Of a stretch of 40,202 bases of DNA, positions 37,305-40,202 are shown one piece after another. Every line of letters begins with the position of its first letter. Positions within the stretch are counted from its first letter, which is position 1. The translations under genes and the position numbers were made by a program. Source of the stretch: an uncultured Candidatus Saccharibacteria bacterium. Lineage in GTDB: Bacteria > Patescibacteriota > Minisyncoccia > Phycocordibacterales > CAZNKJ01. Location of the stretch: contig CAZNKJ010000006.1 in assembly GCA_964574145.1 (NCBI GenBank), positions 1 through 40,202 of the forward strand, in the 5' to 3' direction. Under the pieces are notes generated by a model that was given only the letters and a program-made list of their open reading frames with translations, was not told where the DNA came from and did no database searches.

Positions 37305-38573
37305 ATGCAAACAACAACAAGCCGACATAGTCGGAGTGGTTCATCGCACAGCCGACGGCATACTTTTTCTAATTCAGTTTCTCGACACAAACGATCCAAT
37401 AATTCTCAATCACGAAATCACGGTGGTGGTAATCGGGGAAATCGTAATCGTTCTACGCGCAAGATGGCAACCTTTGACCCTTCTCGTTTTATCAATACTA
37501 ACCCTACTGAAGTAATCACTGAAACTTATACTCCGAAAAACAGTTTTGAAACATTTGGTCTTAACAAAAAATTTGTAGAGACCATTACTTCACTAAAGAT
37601 GATTTCTCCAACACCCATCCAAGACCAAATCATACCTGAAATACTTAAAGGACGTGATGTTATAGGACTGGCTGAGACAGGAACTGGTAAAACCGCCGCT
37701 TTCCTAATTCCTCTTATTGAAAAAACACTAAAAGACCCTGCTCGACGCACCCTCATTCTCGCTCCTACTCGAGAACTTGCTATACAGATAGAAGAAGAAC
37801 TGCGTACACTAGCACGTGGTTTCCGTATTTTCTCAGTGACTTGTGTAGGGGGAATAAATATACGCCCTCAAATTTCTGCATTACGACATGTAAATCATTT
37901 CGTTATCGGAACTCCTGGACGAGTACTAGACTTAATTAAGCGCCGACATTTTTCACCTTCTAAAATAACAACTGTCGTTCTTGACGAAGCAGATCGCATG
38001 CTTGATATGGGATTTATCAATGATATGAAGTCAATACTATCTACTACTCCGCAGGACAGAGAAACTCTTCTTTTTTCAGCAACAATGTCAAAAGATACAG
38101 AAATCATCGTACAAAAATTTCTCCGAGACCCAATTAAAGTATCAGTAAAAAAGAAAGACGTTACAAACAGTATTGAACAAAATATCGTCTCCTATAATTC
38201 AAAAGATAAGTTTGAAACCTTAATATCATTACTGGAAAATCCAGAACTCAAACGCGTTCTTATTTTTGGCGCAATGAAGCATAGTGTGGAAAAACTCGCA
38301 CAACAGCTCTCAAAAAAAGGCATTCGCTCTGAATCAATCCATGGCAACAAAACACATGGTGGCCGACAATACGCTCTCAAAAAATTTAAAAGTAATAATG
38401 CAAGAGTTCTTGTGGCAACCGATGTAGCTGCACGAGGTATCCACGTTGAAGATATAACTCATGTGATAAATTACGACCTACCAAATACTTTTGAAGACTA
38501 CGTACATCGCATAGGAAGAACAGGACGTGGTTCTAAACGTGGGAAAGCTTTAACTTTTGTACTGAAAAAATAA
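37305..38573 (+). CDS. DEAD-box RNA helicase (RhlE/CshA-like)
   Basis: Q motif PTPIQ, AETGTGKT, PTRELA, DEAD, SAT, HRIGRTGR, and an Arg/Ser-rich N-terminal tail. Confidence 0.96.
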   Translation: MQTTTSRHSRSGSSHSRRHTFSNSVSRHKRSNNSQSRNHGGGNRGNRNRSTRKMATFDPSRFINTNPTEVITETYTPKNSFETFGLNKKFVETITSLKMISPTPIQDQIIPEILKGRDVIGLAETGTGKTAAFLIPLIEKTLKDPARRTLILAPTRELAIQIEEELRTLARGFRIFSVTCVGGINIRPQISALRHVNHFVIGTPGRVLDLIKRRHFSPSKITTVVLDEADRMLDMGFINDMKSILSTTPQDRETLLFSATMSKDTEIIVQKFLRDPIKVSVKKKDVTNSIEQNIVSYNSKDKFETLISLLENPELKRVLIFGAMKHSVEKLAQQLSKKGIRSESIHGNKTHGGRQYALKKFKSNNARVLVATDVAARGIHVEDITHVINYDLPNTFEDYVHRIGRTGRGSKRGKALTFVLKK

Positions 38574-38583
38574 TTGATTCAAC

Positions 38584-38624
38584 AAAAAACCGCCCCTTTG
38601 TCTCATACATAAGGGCGGTTTTTT
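38584..38624. terminator. Probable bidirectional terminator
   Basis: aaaaaaccgccc / gggcggtttttt stem between convergent genes. Confidence 0.8.
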
Positions 38625-38645
38625 ATTTACAGGATAAAGATAAGG

Positions 38646-39353
38646 TTAAAAACCTTTCAAAAAAGACCTGCGTCTTTTTTCCTCCATACGTTCAATAGCG
38701 TAACGTAGAGTGGTACGAGGAATTTGTTTATAATTTTTTATTAAAAAACTCTCTACGATTTTACTGTCTCTCTTCCATACTTCACGCAACATCCAACCAA
38801 CCGCTTTGTGAGTTAAATCATGTGAATCTGGCAACAACACCTTCGCATTTTTCATTGTCCATCTAAAGTCAGATTTTCGTATAAATGCCCACGTCGCAAC
38901 GATGGACAGTCTGCGCTCCCATAAATTCTTTGATTTTGCATGCTTTTCAAGCACGTTACCCTCCTTAGGATTTTCTAAGATATATTCTCCTACAATTTTA
39001 TATGCGGAAAGATCTACTAAATCCCAATTATTCACATACTTAAAATTTTTAAGATAAAAATCATATATTTTTTTCTTTATCTTTTTATCACCTTTTTCAA
39101 AATTTAATACAAGAATTGTAATTGCGACAGTTCTCTCTTCGTGGATTTTAGACTGTAGTAATTTTTTTATATCAACAAAAGACAAACCGATAAATTGTTT
39201 AGCCACTTTTTTAATATCAGAACCCGAAACTCCTATGAATTGATCTCCATAACCATACTCTCCCTTACCCATTTTAAAAAACCTTTCATTAGTTTCCTTA
39301 CGTTTCGCTGAAACACACGTCTGTAATATTTTTTTAAGTAAAACAAGTGACAT
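38646..39353 (-). CDS. DNA alkylation repair protein, AlkD family
   Basis: FFKMGKGEYGYGDQFIGV, VNNWDLVD, LWERR, HKAVGWMLRE, PRTTLRYAIE. Confidence 0.88.
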   Translation of the reverse strand: MSLVLLKKILQTCVSAKRKETNERFFKMGKGEYGYGDQFIGVSGSDIKKVAKQFIGLSFVDIKKLLQSKIHEERTVAITILVLNFEKGDKKIKKKIYDFYLKNFKYVNNWDLVDLSAYKIVGEYILENPKEGNVLEKHAKSKNLWERRLSIVATWAFIRKSDFRWTMKNAKVLLPDSHDLTHKAVGWMLREVWKRDSKIVESFLIKNYKQIPRTTLRYAIERMEEKRRRSFLKGF

Positions 39354-39389
39354 TATATTTCTGACATATTTTGCGCGTTTAATTTAAAC

Positions 39390-39419
39390 TTCCAAAGGTT
39401 AAACCTTTGGAGGTTTTTT
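39390..39419. repeat. REP-like palindromic repeat, copy 1
   Basis: ttccaaaggttaaacctttggaggtttttt, with core tccaaaggtt-a-aacctttgga. Confidence 0.85.
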
Positions 39420-39497
39420 AGAATTGTTACAATCTAGCTGACCTCCTCAATCTCGGATAATCCTCCATCAAGCCACACAAGGCTTTTATAGTATTTT

Positions 39498-39884
39498 TTA
39501 TTTTCTCAGTCCAACGCTCCTCGGACGAAGGATATATTTTTTACACGAACATTCATCTACACGACATTCACCGTCTTTCTTATACTTTGGCACTGGATCG
39601 CCATCTTTGAAAGATTTAATACCATTATGTGCATTGCGTGAGTGCCCACATTCGCAAATCTCATCAGCATCCTTTTCGACGCCATAGAAATCACCAGATT
39701 TCTTCCTTAAAAACTCTTCACAATTCCAAACCAACTCCCTAGCAAGTTCTTTTATCTTAAGTAAATCATTGGCATCTATAACCCTGTATGTTCCTCTAGT
39801 TTCTTGTCCATTAATTTGAGCAGATGTTCGACTCTTAACCACTAAATACTCTTGATATCGTTGTTCACAGTCTTTTTCTTCCAT
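39498..39884 (-). CDS. Hypothetical protein with C-terminal Cys/His zinc-binding-like motif
   Basis: CECGHSRNAH...CRVDECSCKKY. Start revised to MEEKD because TGG-TAAAAT lies 7 nt upstream of that ATG. Confidence 0.65.
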   Translation of the reverse strand: MEEKDCEQRYQEYLVVKSRTSAQINGQETRGTYRVIDANDLLKIKELARELVWNCEEFLRKKSGDFYGVEKDADEICECGHSRNAHNGIKSFKDGDPVPKYKKDGECRVDECSCKKYILRPRSVGLRK

Positions 39885-40032
39885 TACTTTAATTTTACCA
39901 TTTTGACCCTCTTCGGACAACTTAAAAAGCGACAAAACGACACTGGATCGCATGCCCTGCATGCTTAGAATTGAATATCTGAAATCGAGGTATGTCTATC
40001 AGTCTCACCTCTCTCGAAGTACTTCTCTAAGA

Positions 40033-40062
40033 TTCCAAAGGTTTAACCTTTGGAGGTTTTTT
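40033..40062. repeat. REP-like palindromic repeat, copy 2
   Basis: ttccaaaggtttaacctttggaggtttttt, 29/30 identical to copy 1 and differing only at the central base. Confidence 0.85.
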
Positions 40063-40198
40063 GCTCATTTAATTTGGAGATAATATATTCCGCATACCAT
40101 ACAGGCCAATCTAAATCGGGTTTGCCTGTAGACTTCTCATATTCTGCATGAGCAGACTCTGCTTCTCTTAACAATTTAGTCAATAACTCTCTATTCAT
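40043..40198 (-). CDS. Small protein (51 aa; may extend past the window edge)
   Basis: Below the ORF-track cutoff. Translation: MNRELLTKLLREAESAHAEYEKSTGKPDLDWPVWYAEYIISKLNEQKTSKG*. The AH.EYEK..G..D..WP.WYAEY pattern resembles a motif I recall from small proteins and glyoxalase C-terminal extensions. Confidence 0.65.
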   Translation of the reverse strand: MNRELLTKLLREAESAHAEYEKSTGKPDLDWPVWYAEYIISKLNEQKTSKG

Positions 40199-40202
40199 AT
40201 TT

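Noticed and set aside
39390-40062. CRISPR array or canonical attC sites
   Set aside because: There are only two repeats 643 nt apart, no cas or intI gene, and the core and inverse-core sequences overlap instead of bracketing a longer stem.

Overview
AT-rich bacterial chromosome segment whose gene content and protein motifs point to a Patescibacteria (CPR, Parcubacteria-like) genome using standard code 11. This taxonomy is my inference. The left ~11.7 kb is an accessory, minus-strand envelope region: a large tail-fibre-like adhesin cut by the window edge and missed by the ORF track, a dockerin/cohesin/cohesin-PG-binding trio, a four-gene cysteine-rich cluster with a rhodanese, and two secreted proteins. 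One of these (9048-10142) looks like a patchwork of short peptides resembling Hcp, VgrG/GpD and T3SS-needle subunits. The middle holds ddl, a streamlined uvrC/uvrA/uvrB set interleaved with a two-component module and solitary plus-strand orphans, then tgt, an FKBP, a pseudouridine synthase and an unannotated PNPOx-family pseudogene. Next come pgi-glucokinase and, divergently, a 2-hydroxyacid dehydrogenase / glycerate 2-kinase / enolase / miniature pyruvate kinase operon. The right end has a histidine kinase, TfoX, a VanY-like peptidase, a DEAD-box helicase with a structured leader, AlkD, and small genes separated by two 30-bp REP-like palindromes. I saw no rRNA, tRNA, CRISPR array, integrase or reverse transcriptase. 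Family assignments come from motif recognition by eye, not database searches.
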